Source of the DNA: Nitrospirales bacterium
GTDB lineage: Bacteria; Nitrospirota; Nitrospiria; Nitrospirales; UBA8639
Assembly (NCBI GenBank): GCA_965203295.1
Contig: CBDBCZ010000019.1
Location: 1,728,001 to 1,792,000, forward strand
DNA length: 64,000 nucleotides
Direction of reading: 5' to 3'
Shown: positions 9,497 through 21,026 of the stretch, piece after piece
Position numbering within the stretch: the stretch's first letter is position 1
How the letters are laid out: each line of letters starts with the position of its first letter
Position numbers and translations under genes: made by a program
The notes under the pieces: model-generated
Seen by the model: only the letters and a program-made list of their open reading frames with translations
Database searches by the model: none
What the model was told of the DNA's origin: nothing

Positions 9497-11464
9497 TCAT
9501 TGAGTCGCATGGCTCACGACACGAACCATTGACGATTCTCCATCCTTTCCCCCCTCTTTCTCAGCTTTAGCTACAGGCCACGTAATGAGCCCTGAGACCG
9601 CGTCTGATCGCATCTGTTCACGATTTTGTTGACTGGCATAGATTTGCGGCAAATCATTGGTGCCAAATTTAGAAATATACAGAAAGATCTGCTCCCTGGC
9701 ATTGATTCGGACAGCCCAAGGTTCAAAATCGTTTTGATAAAACTCTTCGCAAAGTTGCATCGCATCTAAACAACTCACTCCTCCCGGCTCATTGAGGGTG
9801 TAATAATAATCCAGGGGCATATCATATTCGTCTTGTCTATGAATCGTGATGCCGAATTTTTCAGGATTCCGTACCATCGGCGTATGCCGGTATGCCACAA
9901 AATAAAACAGTTCGACGGAATGAACGTGTTCCTTGTTATCCAATAAAAACTGCCTAGTCTCTTCCGCTTCTTCTCGTGTCTCTCCCGGAAAACCGTAAAA
10001 GGCCATGACATGATTCCAAATACCTGCCTTGGCAGCTTCTCTTAGATTATTTTCAATGACACTTTTCTTCGCATGCTTATCCATCAGTTCAAGTACCCGT
10101 TCATTCGCAGACTCCATGCCATAGTACAGGGTTCGACAGCCTGACTGAACCGCCAATTTCCAAACTTCAGGATCCTGCAATGTTTCCTCAAAACGAATGA
10201 GCGTGGTCCAATTTATGTTCAATTGGTGTTCCACTAACAATTGAGAAATTTTTTTTAGCAGAGCAGGGGGATAGGATTCATCGGCAAAAAGAAAATGCTC
10301 GGCGTGGTACTTTTCCTTGATCGCTTTCAATTCACGCACCACATCCCCGGCAGGTTTTCCTCGATATTGGTCAAAGTACCCTTGGCCATGGTCGCAGAAC
10401 GTACACTTCCCCCAATAACATCCCCTCGTGGCCAGGTAGGGCAAAATGCGCACCGGAACAAAATAAGAATCCAAAGGCAGCCCATCAAAGTCAGGAAGGG
10501 GAAGAGCCGTGGTTTTTTCAGTATAAATTTCCGGGTTGACTCGAACATGTCCATTTTCTTGAAACATCAAGTTGGGGACGTCTCGCCATTCTCGATCTCC
10601 AGCAAGGGCTTCTAATAACCACAGCAACGCATGCTCCCCTTCGTACAAGATAGCCGAGTCAAAAACAGGTCCGAAAAACTCCCCGTGTTTCGGAAGCTCC
10701 TCCTGCAGACGGGTTATCACATTTCCTCCGACCGTCACATGGATGTGAGGAAACGCTTCCTTGATCATCTTGCAGAAAGTCAACCCCGCAAAAAGCTGCA
10801 TCTGAGTGCCAATGGAGACTCCGATGACCTCAGGTTGAACTTTGTCCACTGTAGGAAGAACCAATTGCTGACAGACATCCCGATAGACATTCACTTGTTC
10901 ATCATTCAAACAGGCTAAGATTTCTTGTGAGACTCCAGGTCGATAACCCAGATTGCTTTCCATGGGGTAATAGACCAAAGAAGCTGGATAATAGGCGGTG
11001 GAAATAAATTGCATGACTTCTCGGAACGTATTGAGAGCCCAGTCCAATTTATCCGCATCATAAAACTCTTCACCCCGTGTAATAGATTTGGCTCGTTCGG
11101 CTCGTTCGGCCAAATCCATCACATCCATTCCTAGACGGTCTTCCAATTGAGCCTTTTGTTCAATCTCCCGATCTAAAAGACTCTCTGTTTGAGCTTTGGC
11201 TTCAAGCGCGCGAAGTTGCTGTGACATCCTGGCATGGATCCACACCAGGAACATGTCACTGAAAAATAAGTTGTACATTTCGATATTGACGTCCTTCTGA
11301 ATCACTTCATGCCCATGCTCACGAAGAACACTCGTTAAACTGGGCAAAGCCAAATAGGGTGCCGTTGGGACCCATTCGGGAGGAAACAGGAGGAGGGTTT
11401 TAAATTTTCGATCTGACTGAGGAGCAGAATCTGTCTGATCAATTTGAATGAGGGAGGTTGCCAT
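9497..11464 (-). CDS. B12-binding-domain radical SAM protein (paralog 2)
   Basis: LLFPPEW..PYLALPSL, VTVGGN, YEGE, TRGCYWGKCTFC, ADESYPP, YGMES. Confidence 0.9.
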   Translation of the reverse strand: MATSLIQIDQTDSAPQSDRKFKTLLLFPPEWVPTAPYLALPSLTSVLREHGHEVIQKDVNIEMYNLFFSDMFLVWIHARMSQQLRALEAKAQTESLLDREIEQKAQLEDRLGMDVMDLAERAERAKSITRGEEFYDADKLDWALNTFREVMQFISTAYYPASLVYYPMESNLGYRPGVSQEILACLNDEQVNVYRDVCQQLVLPTVDKVQPEVIGVSIGTQMQLFAGLTFCKMIKEAFPHIHVTVGGNVITRLQEELPKHGEFFGPVFDSAILYEGEHALLWLLEALAGDREWRDVPNLMFQENGHVRVNPEIYTEKTTALPLPDFDGLPLDSYFVPVRILPYLATRGCYWGKCTFCDHGQGYFDQYRGKPAGDVVRELKAIKEKYHAEHFLFADESYPPALLKKISQLLVEHQLNINWTTLIRFEETLQDPEVWKLAVQSGCRTLYYGMESANERVLELMDKHAKKSVIENNLREAAKAGIWNHVMAFYGFPGETREEAEETRQFLLDNKEHVHSVELFYFVAYRHTPMVRNPEKFGITIHRQDEYDMPLDYYYTLNEPGGVSCLDAMQLCEEFYQNDFEPWAVRINAREQIFLYISKFGTNDLPQIYASQQNREQMRSDAVSGLITWPVAKAEKEGGKDGESSMVRVVSHATQ

Positions 11465-11516
11465 TAAGAAATCCTTATTCTTCTCTCATTGGCAGGAGAG
11501 AAATATCTCGGAACCG

Positions 11517-13412
11517 CTACACCCTGGCTAATTCTCCGGAATCTTTTTCAGGCTCCAATCGAAACTGAAGGGCAGGCAATTTATTGGTGCCAAAATGCGC
11601 CACATACAAATACACATATTCCCTGATGAAAATCCTGAGATCCCACCCCGCATAATGATTTTGTTCAAATTCCTCAAAAACCCGTTCGGCCTCCTCGATA
11701 CCTAACCCTTCTTTGACGGTGAAGTAATAATCAAGGGCCAGGTCCCATTCAGGGTTCTTGTAGTATGTCACTCCAAATTTTTCGGCATTCTTCGTGACCG
11801 GAGTATGTTTACTCAAGTCAAAGGTCCCAAAACCAATGGAATGAACATGCTCCTTATTGTCTTCCAAAAATTGCATGGAAAACTTGGCATCCTCATAGGT
11901 TTCTCCAGGGAACCCAAAGAACCCCATCACGTGGTTCCATACTCCATGCTTGGAAGACAACTCAAGGCTGCGTTGAATGACATCAGTGGTCGTCGCCTTA
12001 TCCATCAATTGCAACACTCGCTCACTACCCGACTCATAGCCCATATGGATGAATTTGCAGCCTGACTTCTCAGCTTGCTCCCAGACTTCATCATCCAACA
12101 AACTCTTTTCAAAGCGGATGTGAGTAGTCCAGTCGATATTCAGATTGTGTTCATTCAATTTATGGGTCAACTTTCTGAACAAAGCCGGGGGATAGGATTC
12201 GTCAGTGAAGTGAAAATGGTGGGTGTGATATTTGTCCCGAAGATGACGAATCTCTTCAATGATTTGATCAACTTTTTTCGTCCGGTACCCTGCAGTATAG
12301 CCCTCACCATGATCACAAAATTCACATCGCCCCCAGTAACAGCCACGGGTTGCCAGATAGGGAAGAACCGGTTCCGGCACAAAATACTTCTCCAAGGGCA
12401 ACCCATCAAAATCGGGTGGAGGTAAGGCTGCCATATTTTCTGAAGAGGTGAATGACGTCGTATGGATCCCCGAAGCATCCCGATACATCAGATTGGGAAT
12501 CTCCGAAAAATCACATTCTGTTCCCACAGCTTCGATAAGGTGTAAAAATGCCGTCTCTCCCTCAAACATGACCGCGCTATCAAACAAAGCAAATAGATTT
12601 TGGGCCTGCGGCAATTCATCCCGAAGCCGAGTCACGGTATTGCCACCGATGGTCACATGAATATTGGGAAACTGTTCTTTTATCAGGGCACAAAACGTCA
12701 TGGTCGAAAATAGCTGCTGCCTCAACACAATGGAAATTCCAATGATATCTGGTTTTTCTGCTACGATAGCTGGTTTCAGGATATGCTCAAACACATCCCG
12801 GTACACATTCACTTGCGTATCTTCAACCGCTTCTAAAACTTCCGAGGACATGAATAGCTTGTAGGAAAGATCCGTCTCCATAGGAGGCATGCAAATCCGC
12901 GCTGGGGCATAAACAAGTGAGATCGTCGCCGTCACTTCCCGAAACACGTTAATTGCCCATTCCAACTTCTCGACATCGTAAAATTCTGCGCAATGTACAA
13001 TTTGTTTGGCTTTTTCTGCTTTTTCAATGAATTCAGCAACACGACCCTGGGTGCATTCACACAAGGCCAATTGCAGTTCTTCTTCGCTCTCAGATAACCC
13101 TCGATCACGAGCAATCCTTTTAAGCCGGTCCAATTGCTGAGGGACTTTTTTTAACACCCGCTTGAGGAAATCCTCGCTAAAAAACCAGTCATACATCTCT
13201 AAATTGACATCTTTTTGGACAACATCGTGACCAGCCCCTCGAAGGAACGCTGTAAGGGTAGGCAAACTCAGGTAAGGCTCAGAGGGATACCAATCGGGAG
13301 GAAAGACCAGTATCACCTTCTTTTTAGGGCCAGGGGATGCGAGCAAATTCTTTTGGCGAACTTGTATAAGCTCCGATTGAATTCGCTCGCCTTTCCGATA
13401 ATCTATTCTCAT
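11517..13412 (-). CDS. B12-binding-domain radical SAM protein (paralog 1)
   Basis: LVFPPDW..PYLSLPTL, TIGGN, FEGE, TRGCYWGRCEFC, TDESYPP, MGYES. Colinear with the downstream paralog. Confidence 0.9.
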   Translation of the reverse strand: MRIDYRKGERIQSELIQVRQKNLLASPGPKKKVILVFPPDWYPSEPYLSLPTLTAFLRGAGHDVVQKDVNLEMYDWFFSEDFLKRVLKKVPQQLDRLKRIARDRGLSESEEELQLALCECTQGRVAEFIEKAEKAKQIVHCAEFYDVEKLEWAINVFREVTATISLVYAPARICMPPMETDLSYKLFMSSEVLEAVEDTQVNVYRDVFEHILKPAIVAEKPDIIGISIVLRQQLFSTMTFCALIKEQFPNIHVTIGGNTVTRLRDELPQAQNLFALFDSAVMFEGETAFLHLIEAVGTECDFSEIPNLMYRDASGIHTTSFTSSENMAALPPPDFDGLPLEKYFVPEPVLPYLATRGCYWGRCEFCDHGEGYTAGYRTKKVDQIIEEIRHLRDKYHTHHFHFTDESYPPALFRKLTHKLNEHNLNIDWTTHIRFEKSLLDDEVWEQAEKSGCKFIHMGYESGSERVLQLMDKATTTDVIQRSLELSSKHGVWNHVMGFFGFPGETYEDAKFSMQFLEDNKEHVHSIGFGTFDLSKHTPVTKNAEKFGVTYYKNPEWDLALDYYFTVKEGLGIEEAERVFEEFEQNHYAGWDLRIFIREYVYLYVAHFGTNKLPALQFRLEPEKDSGELARV

Positions 13413-13587
13413 AATAGCCTCATAAAATAGCCGAACTCTCTAGTGTAAAATTTTACCAGAGATAAGACACCAAGAATTCAAAAAAGTCTTGAAATCTCAA
13501 TGAATTATTAACAATAGTCGATCATTCTAGTCCTTAGGAAAATTCCCGGTCAAGGGGGGTGAATACCTCATAAAGCTGCTGGAAAAA

Positions 13588-13617
13588 TTGACAGTTAGTC
13601 ATGAATTAAATTATACT
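13588..13617 (+). promoter_or_regulatory. Sigma70-type promoter TTGACA-N18-TATACT
   Basis: Near-consensus hexamers in AT-rich intergenic DNA. Confidence 0.55.
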
Positions 13618-13732
13618 ACAAAATTGTAGGTTGCAGGCTCGTAATTCCTGCCTAATACCCAGCATATCTCAAAAAATTCATTCAAGTTCAACTAAAAATC
13701 AACCCGGAACGGGTGTAATGCAGGAGCAAAAA

Positions 13733-14240
13733 ATGACCAGGCCAAATTGTGAGAGTTCGCGTAATTGGATGTCGTACCTGATGGACCATATAGTTCATTC
13801 AGGAGCAATGCCTACTTGGGAAGCTACAGATTGTACTTAACATCGAATCTTATTGGAGATGCCCCCAACACCCAGCTCCATGAAACAAAATCCCCTTATG
13901 AGACCATCCAACAATTTCTTCACCGATTATACGAACCCATCGTGGAAGCAGCATCACGGGCTGTCACACTTCCAGATCGGTCCATGATCCACAGTTTACC
14001 GATATTAGTCTCGCAGGGAATTCCGTCGTTTTAGTCGTATATTTTCCTGAAAAAAATCAACCTCACCAACTTCTCATGTTGGATGGAGTCCGTGCCTGGG
14101 ACCTCATGTTTGAAACCACCGAGGACTTTAATGCTTGGGCAGAAGAGCGCTACCGGTGGGTCGAGGGAGCCCTTCAATCCGTCAGTTTCGGAAGAGCACC
14201 AATCCCCGCAGCCACTGAACTCAGCTTGGCCTTGGCTTAA
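13733..14240 (+). pseudogene. Probable frameshifted hypothetical protein
   Basis: ORF 13765..14034 appears to continue in another frame as NSVVLVVYFPEKNQPHQLLMLDGVRAWDLMFETTEDFNAWAEERYRWVEGAL..LA*. It lies downstream of the promoter and of a GGAG-preceded ATG. Confidence 0.4.
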
Positions 14241-14515
14241 TAAGGTCACACATCATGAATGCCCATCCCCTTCCAATTGCGATTCACGGGCATTCATAGC
14301 CACACATGTGTAGGGTATGCGAGCAATAAATATAATGAGACTCGAACCCTACACTTTCCTCTTGACTCGCTTATCCCGGCTAAGTTTGAAACAAATCCAG
14401 TAGGTCCGCTCCCCTACCCCCTCGATCGCCCTGCCACTCAAGATTCATAGCGTCGAAAGAGAACAAAACAACTAACAATACTGTCTTTGTTGACTGAGTT
14501 AAGCAGCGAGGGGCC

Positions 14516-17500
14516 CTAAGTTGGCACGACATTTTCTGGCTCGTAATGTAAATTTGGCGAAAGCCAACGCTCAACCTCGGATACTTTCATTCCCTTCCGG
14601 ACGGCATAGTCGTTGACTTGATCACGATCAATCTTTCCGATCGAAAAGTATTTGGCCTGAGGGTGGCCGAAGTAGAGGCCGCTTACAGAGGAAGCTGGAT
14701 ACATGGCAAAGGTTTCAGTGAGACAAACTTCCATATGCTTTTCCACATTCAATAAATCAAACAAAATTCGTTTCTCCGTATGATCAGGGCAAGCCGGGTA
14801 ACCTGGTGCCGGACGGATTCCACGATACCTCTCCCGAATCAAATCTTCATTGGATAAACTTTCATCTTTCCCATAGCCCCACTCTCGCCGGACTTCACGA
14901 TGGAGCCATTCGGCAAACGCTTCAGCAAGACGGTCAGCCAAGGCTTTAACCATGATGGAATTATAGTCATCATGATCCTTTTCAAACCGTTCACAGAGAG
15001 CTTGCACTCCTACTCCAGTCGTCACCGCGAAGCCGCCAATGTAATCTGTTAAGCCAGTTGATTGGGGAGCAATGAAGTCACCAAGAGCGTAATTGTAATC
15101 CCCTTCCGGTTTCTCCATCTGCTGTCGAAGCGTGTGGAAAGTTGTCGCGACCTCAACTCGCGAATCATCAGCATAAATTTGGATATCATCCTCCACACTA
15201 TTAGCAGGAAAAAACCCATAAACCGATTGAGCCGTCAAAAGTTTCTGCTGGACAATCTCTTTCAACAACTCTTGGGCATCATCATAGAGTTCCTTAGCCT
15301 TATTCCCCACCTTAGGATCTTCAAAAATCTTAGGATACCGGCCACGTAATTCCCAAGTATGAAAGAATGGTGACCAATCAATCACGGGAACTAATTTTTC
15401 CAAGGGCATGTTCTCGATCACACGAGTCCCGAGAAAACCGGGTTTAGCGAGATCAGAGGGATTCCATTCAATCCCCGTTTTTCTCTTTCTCGCTTCTTGG
15501 ATGGACAACAAAGCTTTTCTGATCTTTTTCCCTTCATAGGCTTCACGGGATTGTTCCTGCTGCTGACGAACTCTTTCAACAAAACCAGACTTTTCATAAG
15601 GACTTAACAATTGCCGCACGACATTCACTGACAAGGAAGCATCCAGAACGTGTACAACGGGTTCCTTGTACCCTGGGGCAATTTTCACTGCGGTATGCGC
15701 CTTACTCGTGGTGGCTCCGCCAATGAGCAAAGGGATTGTAAAGCCTTCACGGCTCATTTCTTTGGCATTATGAACCATTTCATCTAGGGAAGGCGTAATC
15801 AGCCCGCTCAGACCGATCATATCTACCTTTTCGTCTCTTGCGGTTTTCAGAATTTTGTCGCACGGAACCATGACACCTAAATCAATCACTTCATAATTAT
15901 TACAGGACAACACCACTCCAACGATATTTTTTCCAATGTCGTGGACATCGCCCTTAACCGTTGCCATCAGTATCTTTCCCTGCGCCCCCCTGCCTGATTC
16001 ATGTTTTTCCACATCCATGTAAGGAAGCAAATAGGCTACTGCCTTTTTCATCACACGCGCGCTTTTCACGACCTGCGGAAGAAACATTTTCCCCGCTCCG
16101 AACAGCTCTCCCACGACATTCATCCCATCCATTAAGGGGCCTTCAATAACCTTCAACGGTTTCTGGAATTTCTGACGGGCTTCTTCCACATCTTCATCAA
16201 TATAGTCAACGATCCCCTTGACGAGCGCATGCGATAACCGTTCCTCAACAGACCCCTGACGCCAAGCATCCTCTACCACGCCTGTCTTACCGGATTGCTT
16301 CACCGTTTCGGCAAACGCCACCAGTCGCTCTGTGGCATCGGGATGCCGATTCAATAGTACGTCCTCGACAAGCCCCAATAAGTGTTTGGGAATCTCCTCA
16401 TAGACTCCGAGTTGGCCAGCGTTGACAATAGCCATATCCAATCCGGCCTTGATTGCGTGATACAAGAACGCGGAATGCATCGCTTCCCGCACAGCATTGT
16501 TTCCTCTGAACGAAAAGGAAATATTGCTCACCCCCCCACTGACCTTGCAGTAGGGTAAGGTCGCTTTGATTTGTTTAGTCGCCTCTATAAAGTTCACGGC
16601 GTAGGCATTGTGTTCCTCAATACCGGTCGCAACCGTTAATATATTGGGGTCAAAAATAATGTCTTCCGCTGGAAACCCGACTTCCTCTGTGAGGATTCGA
16701 TAGGCCCTTGTACAGATTTCGACTTTTCGTTCCGTGGTATCTGCCTGGCCGCTTTCATCAAAGGCCATGACAACGACCGCAGCCCCGTATCGCTTGACCG
16801 CTCGTGCTTGCTCCTTAAATTTCTCTTCCCCCTCTTTCAAACTAATAGAGTTCACGACTCCTTTGCCTTGTATGCACTTCAGGCCCGCTTCTATGACAGA
16901 CCATTTGGAACTATCAACCATAAGAGGCACGCGGGAAATATCGGGTTCCGAGGCAATAAGATTCAGAAAGGTCACCATGGCCTTCTCTGAATCCAGCATG
17001 GCTTCGTCCATATTGACATCAATGATTTGTGCCCCGCCTTCCACCTGCTGCCTGGCTATAGAGAGAGTTTCCTCCAAATCGCCGCTTAAGATAAGTCTTG
17101 AGAATTTTGGCGAACCCGTCACATTCGTTCGTTCTCCAATGTTCACAAAATTGGCTTCAGGATGAATGGATACCGGCTCTAACCCACTAAGACGGGTGAC
17201 ACGGTCTGGAGTGCCAGGTTGATGAGGAGTCAGACCAGCGACAGCTTCTGCAATGGCTTTGATATGCTCGGGTGTACTGCCACAACACCCTCCCACGATG
17301 TTCAACCACCCATTACCGACAAAATCTCGCAAGTCGGTAGCCATGCGCTCGGGGGTTTCATCGAATCCACCAAAAGCATTGGGGAGCCCGGCATTGGGAT
17401 AGCAACTGATATACACCGGAGCCAAGCCTGATAGCTCCTCGATGTATGGCCGCATCTGCTTGGCACCGAGGGCGCAATTGATTCCAACACTCAGCAGATT

Positions 17501-18226
17501 GGCATGGGAGATAGAATTCCAAAAGGCTTCGATCAATTGTCCAGAAAGCGTTCTTCCACTGAGGTCTGTGATGGTAACGGAAGCCATGATTGGGATACTG
17601 TGCTGGTGCTTTGTACAATATCTGTCAATGGCAAAGAGTGCCACCTTCGCATTCAGGGTGTCGAAGATCGTCTCAAGCAACAGGAGATCAACCCCTCCAT
17701 CGATCAGCCCACTCACCTGTTCGTAATAAGCACGTTCCAAATCATCAAAGGAAACCGCTCGAAAAGCAGGGTCGTTCACGTCGGGGGACATGGAGGCAGT
17801 TCGGTTGGTCGGCCCGATAGCTCCCGCGACAAACCGTGGGCGGGATGGATCTTGGTTCGTCACCGTCTCTACGGCCTTTCTCGCGGCCTTTGCACCAGCT
17901 ACATTGAGTTCATACACTATGGCCTCTAACTTGTAATCGGCCATGGAAATCGCATTGCAGTTAAATGTGTTGGTTTCAATAATATCCGCTTCAGCTTCTA
18001 AATAGGCTTGGTGAATTGACTCAATGATCTTGGGTTGAGTAATCGAGAGAAGATCATTGTTCCCTTTCAGATCACAAGGATGATTGGCAAAACGGGAGCC
18101 ACGAAAATCCACCTCCTCCAGTTTATATGTCTGAATCATCGTACCCATAGCCCCGTCCATAATGGCAATTCTGGATTCGAGCAAGGTTTCCAATTCAGGC
18201 AGACAACTCAATTGATGCTTCACCAT
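14516..18226 (-). CDS. metH: Cobalamin-dependent methionine synthase
   Basis: [37 protein letters not shown] (B12 DxHxxG), [12 protein letters not shown]. Full-length 1236 aa. Confidence 0.99.
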   Translation of the reverse strand: MVKHQLSCLPELETLLESRIAIMDGAMGTMIQTYKLEEVDFRGSRFANHPCDLKGNNDLLSITQPKIIESIHQAYLEAEADIIETNTFNCNAISMADYKLEAIVYELNVAGAKAARKAVETVTNQDPSRPRFVAGAIGPTNRTASMSPDVNDPAFRAVSFDDLERAYYEQVSGLIDGGVDLLLLETIFDTLNAKVALFAIDRYCTKHQHSIPIMASVTITDLSGRTLSGQLIEAFWNSISHANLLSVGINCALGAKQMRPYIEELSGLAPVYISCYPNAGLPNAFGGFDETPERMATDLRDFVGNGWLNIVGGCCGSTPEHIKAIAEAVAGLTPHQPGTPDRVTRLSGLEPVSIHPEANFVNIGERTNVTGSPKFSRLILSGDLEETLSIARQQVEGGAQIIDVNMDEAMLDSEKAMVTFLNLIASEPDISRVPLMVDSSKWSVIEAGLKCIQGKGVVNSISLKEGEEKFKEQARAVKRYGAAVVVMAFDESGQADTTERKVEICTRAYRILTEEVGFPAEDIIFDPNILTVATGIEEHNAYAVNFIEATKQIKATLPYCKVSGGVSNISFSFRGNNAVREAMHSAFLYHAIKAGLDMAIVNAGQLGVYEEIPKHLLGLVEDVLLNRHPDATERLVAFAETVKQSGKTGVVEDAWRQGSVEERLSHALVKGIVDYIDEDVEEARQKFQKPLKVIEGPLMDGMNVVGELFGAGKMFLPQVVKSARVMKKAVAYLLPYMDVEKHESGRGAQGKILMATVKGDVHDIGKNIVGVVLSCNNYEVIDLGVMVPCDKILKTARDEKVDMIGLSGLITPSLDEMVHNAKEMSREGFTIPLLIGGATTSKAHTAVKIAPGYKEPVVHVLDASLSVNVVRQLLSPYEKSGFVERVRQQQEQSREAYEGKKIRKALLSIQEARKRKTGIEWNPSDLAKPGFLGTRVIENMPLEKLVPVIDWSPFFHTWELRGRYPKIFEDPKVGNKAKELYDDAQELLKEIVQQKLLTAQSVYGFFPANSVEDDIQIYADDSRVEVATTFHTLRQQMEKPEGDYNYALGDFIAPQSTGLTDYIGGFAVTTGVGVQALCERFEKDHDDYNSIMVKALADRLAEAFAEWLHREVRREWGYGKDESLSNEDLIRERYRGIRPAPGYPACPDHTEKRILFDLLNVEKHMEVCLTETFAMYPASSVSGLYFGHPQAKYFSIGKIDRDQVNDYAVRKGMKVSEVERWLSPNLHYEPENVVPT

Positions 18227-18588
18227 TCGCTCAACCTTATGCTTTGGTTCTTAAAGGTAAAAATGGGAATGACCTCCCGTCAGTTAGCCAAAAAATAACA
18301 GATATTCGGATTTTAGCTTGAGAGTCATCTCTAAGGGTAGAAAAGATAAAGTCTGACTATACCTTCTCAATGCCGATAGGTCAAAACACTGTACCAAGGA
18401 AACATCTTTCAACAAGATCTTATGCGATGAAATCCAAGATCCTCCTGATAAAACTTGAAACTCGTCATTGATATTTGGATGCAATTAACATCTGAAGCAG
18501 CGGTTTCATTATAGAGGTCCAGTCGAAAGACCGATTCAATAGTTTCTTGACTTGGTCAAATCCATGGCATTAGGATGAATAGATTGGG

Positions 18589-19398
18589 TTGATCTTCGTT
18601 ATGGCAATTTCTTCAAACTTCCCTATGAAGGGTCTCCAAGTTTTAGGAATAACTACCTTCATCACGCTCGGATGGCTGATGTGTGTCTTTCCAGCCTGGA
18701 GCGCCCCCTACTTTGAAGATGGATATTTAGGGCTTACACAAGCCGAAGTTCATAAAAAGCTTGGGCCACCCCATGCGGTGCGATCTCGAAAGGCTGCCCT
18801 TCGGGTATTTCACTACTATTCTTACAAGGACTGGCAGCGATACTTCCAAAAATTAGTTTCTCCAGAAAACGGAGAAGATGTCTATACCTACATGCGGAAT
18901 GGAACGAAGGTTCGTTATTCGTTTGCCTATACTCCAGACTTGAGAGAAGACACAGATTATCCCACTCTTTATGTCAAAAGAGTGGAGGTGGAATTTACAC
19001 CATCAGCCACCATAGAAACCGTCCCTCAATTAGTCCACGAATTCGACCCACCGACGGAACCCTCATCACCAGTATTTCGGTCCAATCTTTGGATTTTAAT
19101 TTTTAAAGGCCCCTCATCTCAGGAAGCGGAACTGATCGTGAAGGAACGCGATAAGGAAAATTGGAAATGGTCTTTAGCGTATCAGATGTTTGCTCTAAAG
19201 GGACTTCCTGATTACTTAACATTAGCCTCACCCATTGATAGACTAGAGTTTACGGTTCAAAGCCTCCCTCTCGTGAGAACAAATCAACGGTTAACGCACG
19301 AACCTATTTTGAATCCGTTTTCCAAGGAATTTATTCAAAGCCCGCCTCAACCCCAAAAGCCAAGAAAAACCATACCCGTCCCCCAATATGCGGATTAG
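18589..19398 (+). CDS. Hypothetical exported protein
   Basis: 269-aa ORF with signal-peptide-like N-terminus, GYLGLTQAEVHKKLGPP. TTGACT-N18-TAGGAT upstream at 18547-18576. Confidence 0.7.
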   Translation: MIFVMAISSNFPMKGLQVLGITTFITLGWLMCVFPAWSAPYFEDGYLGLTQAEVHKKLGPPHAVRSRKAALRVFHYYSYKDWQRYFQKLVSPENGEDVYTYMRNGTKVRYSFAYTPDLREDTDYPTLYVKRVEVEFTPSATIETVPQLVHEFDPPTEPSSPVFRSNLWILIFKGPSSQEAELIVKERDKENWKWSLAYQMFALKGLPDYLTLASPIDRLEFTVQSLPLVRTNQRLTHEPILNPFSKEFIQSPPQPQKPRKTIPVPQYAD

Positions 19399-19407
19399 GA
19401 AGCCTGA

Positions 19408-19767
19408 TCACATTTCCTGATACAGAAGATCTCGCTCGTCGGCCAAGGAAAGGTAAGTTTCTCCCCATTGATTAGGGCTTTCGATATCCCAATCTTCTTG
19501 CAAGCTCACGGGTTTTAATCGAATCCCATGAATCCCTCCAAACACTAAATAGCCTAGCCCCATACCTGAGTCTTCAATTGGCTGCGCCTGCGCCTGGCAC
19601 ACGGGATTATCCGGATCATCACTCCAACCAACAACGAAACACCATTCTCCTTTTGATGTTCGCTCGTAACTCTTTACCTGCAAAAGCGGTTTGGGTAGAC
19701 CAAGATCTTTAAATCTGAGGAACACAGAACTTTCACTGTTCGGGTTACTGTCGACTTCGATAAACAT
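19408..19767 (-). CDS. Hypothetical protein
   Basis: 119-aa ORF with an AAGG/GGAAGG SD, convergent with its neighbour, protein-like composition. Confidence 0.7.
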   Translation of the reverse strand: MFIEVDSNPNSESSVFLRFKDLGLPKPLLQVKSYERTSKGEWCFVVGWSDDPDNPVCQAQAQPIEDSGMGLGYLVFGGIHGIRLKPVSLQEDWDIESPNQWGETYLSLADERDLLYQEM

Positions 19768-19780
19768 CCTTGAACCTTCC

Positions 19781-19810
19781 TTGACGTGATTCTTATCCCA
19801 TTGCTACACT
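19781..19810 (+). promoter_or_regulatory. Sigma70-type promoter TTGACG-N18-TACACT with extended -10 TG
   Basis: Seen directly, ~15 bp upstream of ATG 19826. Confidence 0.5.
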
Positions 19811-19825
19811 TAATTACTTAGATCC

Positions 19826-20260
19826 ATGCTATCACCATCCCCTACTGATTATCCAACCCAGACCGCCGGAGCCTACGAAAGTACAGACCAGGACGCTTCG
19901 TCCATCCACGCAATGGACCCACCCCCAACATCCTTCATTCGCAGAAAGCCTGTTCGATTAACTATCTATACAGGATTTATCCTCCTTGGCCTATTCATGC
20001 TGGCTTGGGGGTACCTCCCCGTCCTGATGGATCCAACTTATGAAAAACACATAGCGGATAAGAGCGTGGTTGTTGGCATGACCCGCCAACAAGCCCTAGA
20101 GGCTTGGGGTTCTCCTTATCAAATGAATGTCACCTATACCAACAACGGGATACGGCGGGAAGAATGGATTTACGAAGACTGGATAGACGCTGGGAGCGTA
20201 CAGCACCGATATCTATATTTCGAAGAAGGAAAATTAGTCGGCGGTTGGTATTACGAGTAA
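19826..20260 (+). CDS. Membrane-anchored protein with SmpA/OmlA (BamE)-like domain
   Basis: TM segment, then VVVGMTRQQALEAWGSP ... EEWIY ... YLYFEEGKL. Confidence 0.65.
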   Translation: MLSPSPTDYPTQTAGAYESTDQDASSIHAMDPPPTSFIRRKPVRLTIYTGFILLGLFMLAWGYLPVLMDPTYEKHIADKSVVVGMTRQQALEAWGSPYQMNVTYTNNGIRREEWIYEDWIDAGSVQHRYLYFEEGKLVGGWYYE

Positions 20261-20263
20261 CCC

Positions 20264-20506
20264 CTACCCAGCCTCATTCCATTCATCGGTTTCATTGAGA
20301 TGACTTAATAAGATTTGGGCCCTTTCTAATTCCGACTCCGGGACCATAATAATTCTCGTATTGAAGGGCAAAGAAGATCCAGGATATAAGCTCCCAAAAT
20401 GCTCGTTTTGTACGTAATACTGGATGTTATTACCATCAAGTAAGCTTTTGATAACCGCAAGCTCTCCCTCATCATGACACTCTAGAAGCTTCTCAAAATT
20501 CATCAC
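20264..20506 (-). CDS. DUF2007-like putative signal-transducing protein
   Basis: ELAVIKSLLDGNNIQYYVQNEH ... RIIMVPESELERAQILL. Confidence 0.75.
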   Translation of the reverse strand: MMNFEKLLECHDEGELAVIKSLLDGNNIQYYVQNEHFGSLYPGSSLPFNTRIIMVPESELERAQILLSHLNETDEWNEAG

Positions 20507-20577
20507 TCTTTAAACCTCAGAATAACCTTCAATAGCCCTCAAACTTTAGCCCTTCTAAGTCCCCAATCCTTTATCAA

Positions 20578-20862
20578 TCAAGGGGTTTCGGTTATTTGAA
20601 CCCTCCGTTCCTTTCCCTCTCCTCCGCTAATGATCAGGACTCGCTTCCATTCACGAATTTGGTAAACCGACCAGGCATGAGATTGGCCTTTATAATAGGC
20701 TTCAGGATCCTCTCCTTTCGCACTCAGGTAGATAGGCTCTGTGAATCCCTCATCTAAAACGTATTCCATTAAACTCTCTGTGGTTAGGCCTTTCCCCCGT
20801 AAGGCGACATCGGCTAAGAAGGTTAAAATGTCATCTGGATTAGCGAGATTTACCGGCTCCAT
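20578..20862 (-). CDS. Hypothetical protein
   Basis: 94-aa ORF with a GAGG SD. Confidence 0.7.
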   Translation of the reverse strand: MEPVNLANPDDILTFLADVALRGKGLTTESLMEYVLDEGFTEPIYLSAKGEDPEAYYKGQSHAWSVYQIREWKRVLIISGGEGKERRVQITETP

Positions 20863-21026
20863 GACTAGGCAGACCTCAAGTTAAAGTGGTATTGTATAGA
20901 AAGCATTGTAGAAAGGGAAAATAAGGAATTGCAAATTCTGACCGATAATAAAAATCCATACTCCTGACTCTTCCTCTAGGCACTTCAGAAAATAACGGGT
21001 GCTGTTCATCGTATCGAGACCCGAGA

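Noticed and set aside
18227..18588. SAM, SAH or cobalamin riboswitch upstream of metH
   Set aside because: No recognisable conserved motifs by eye. An Infernal/Rfam scan would be decisive.
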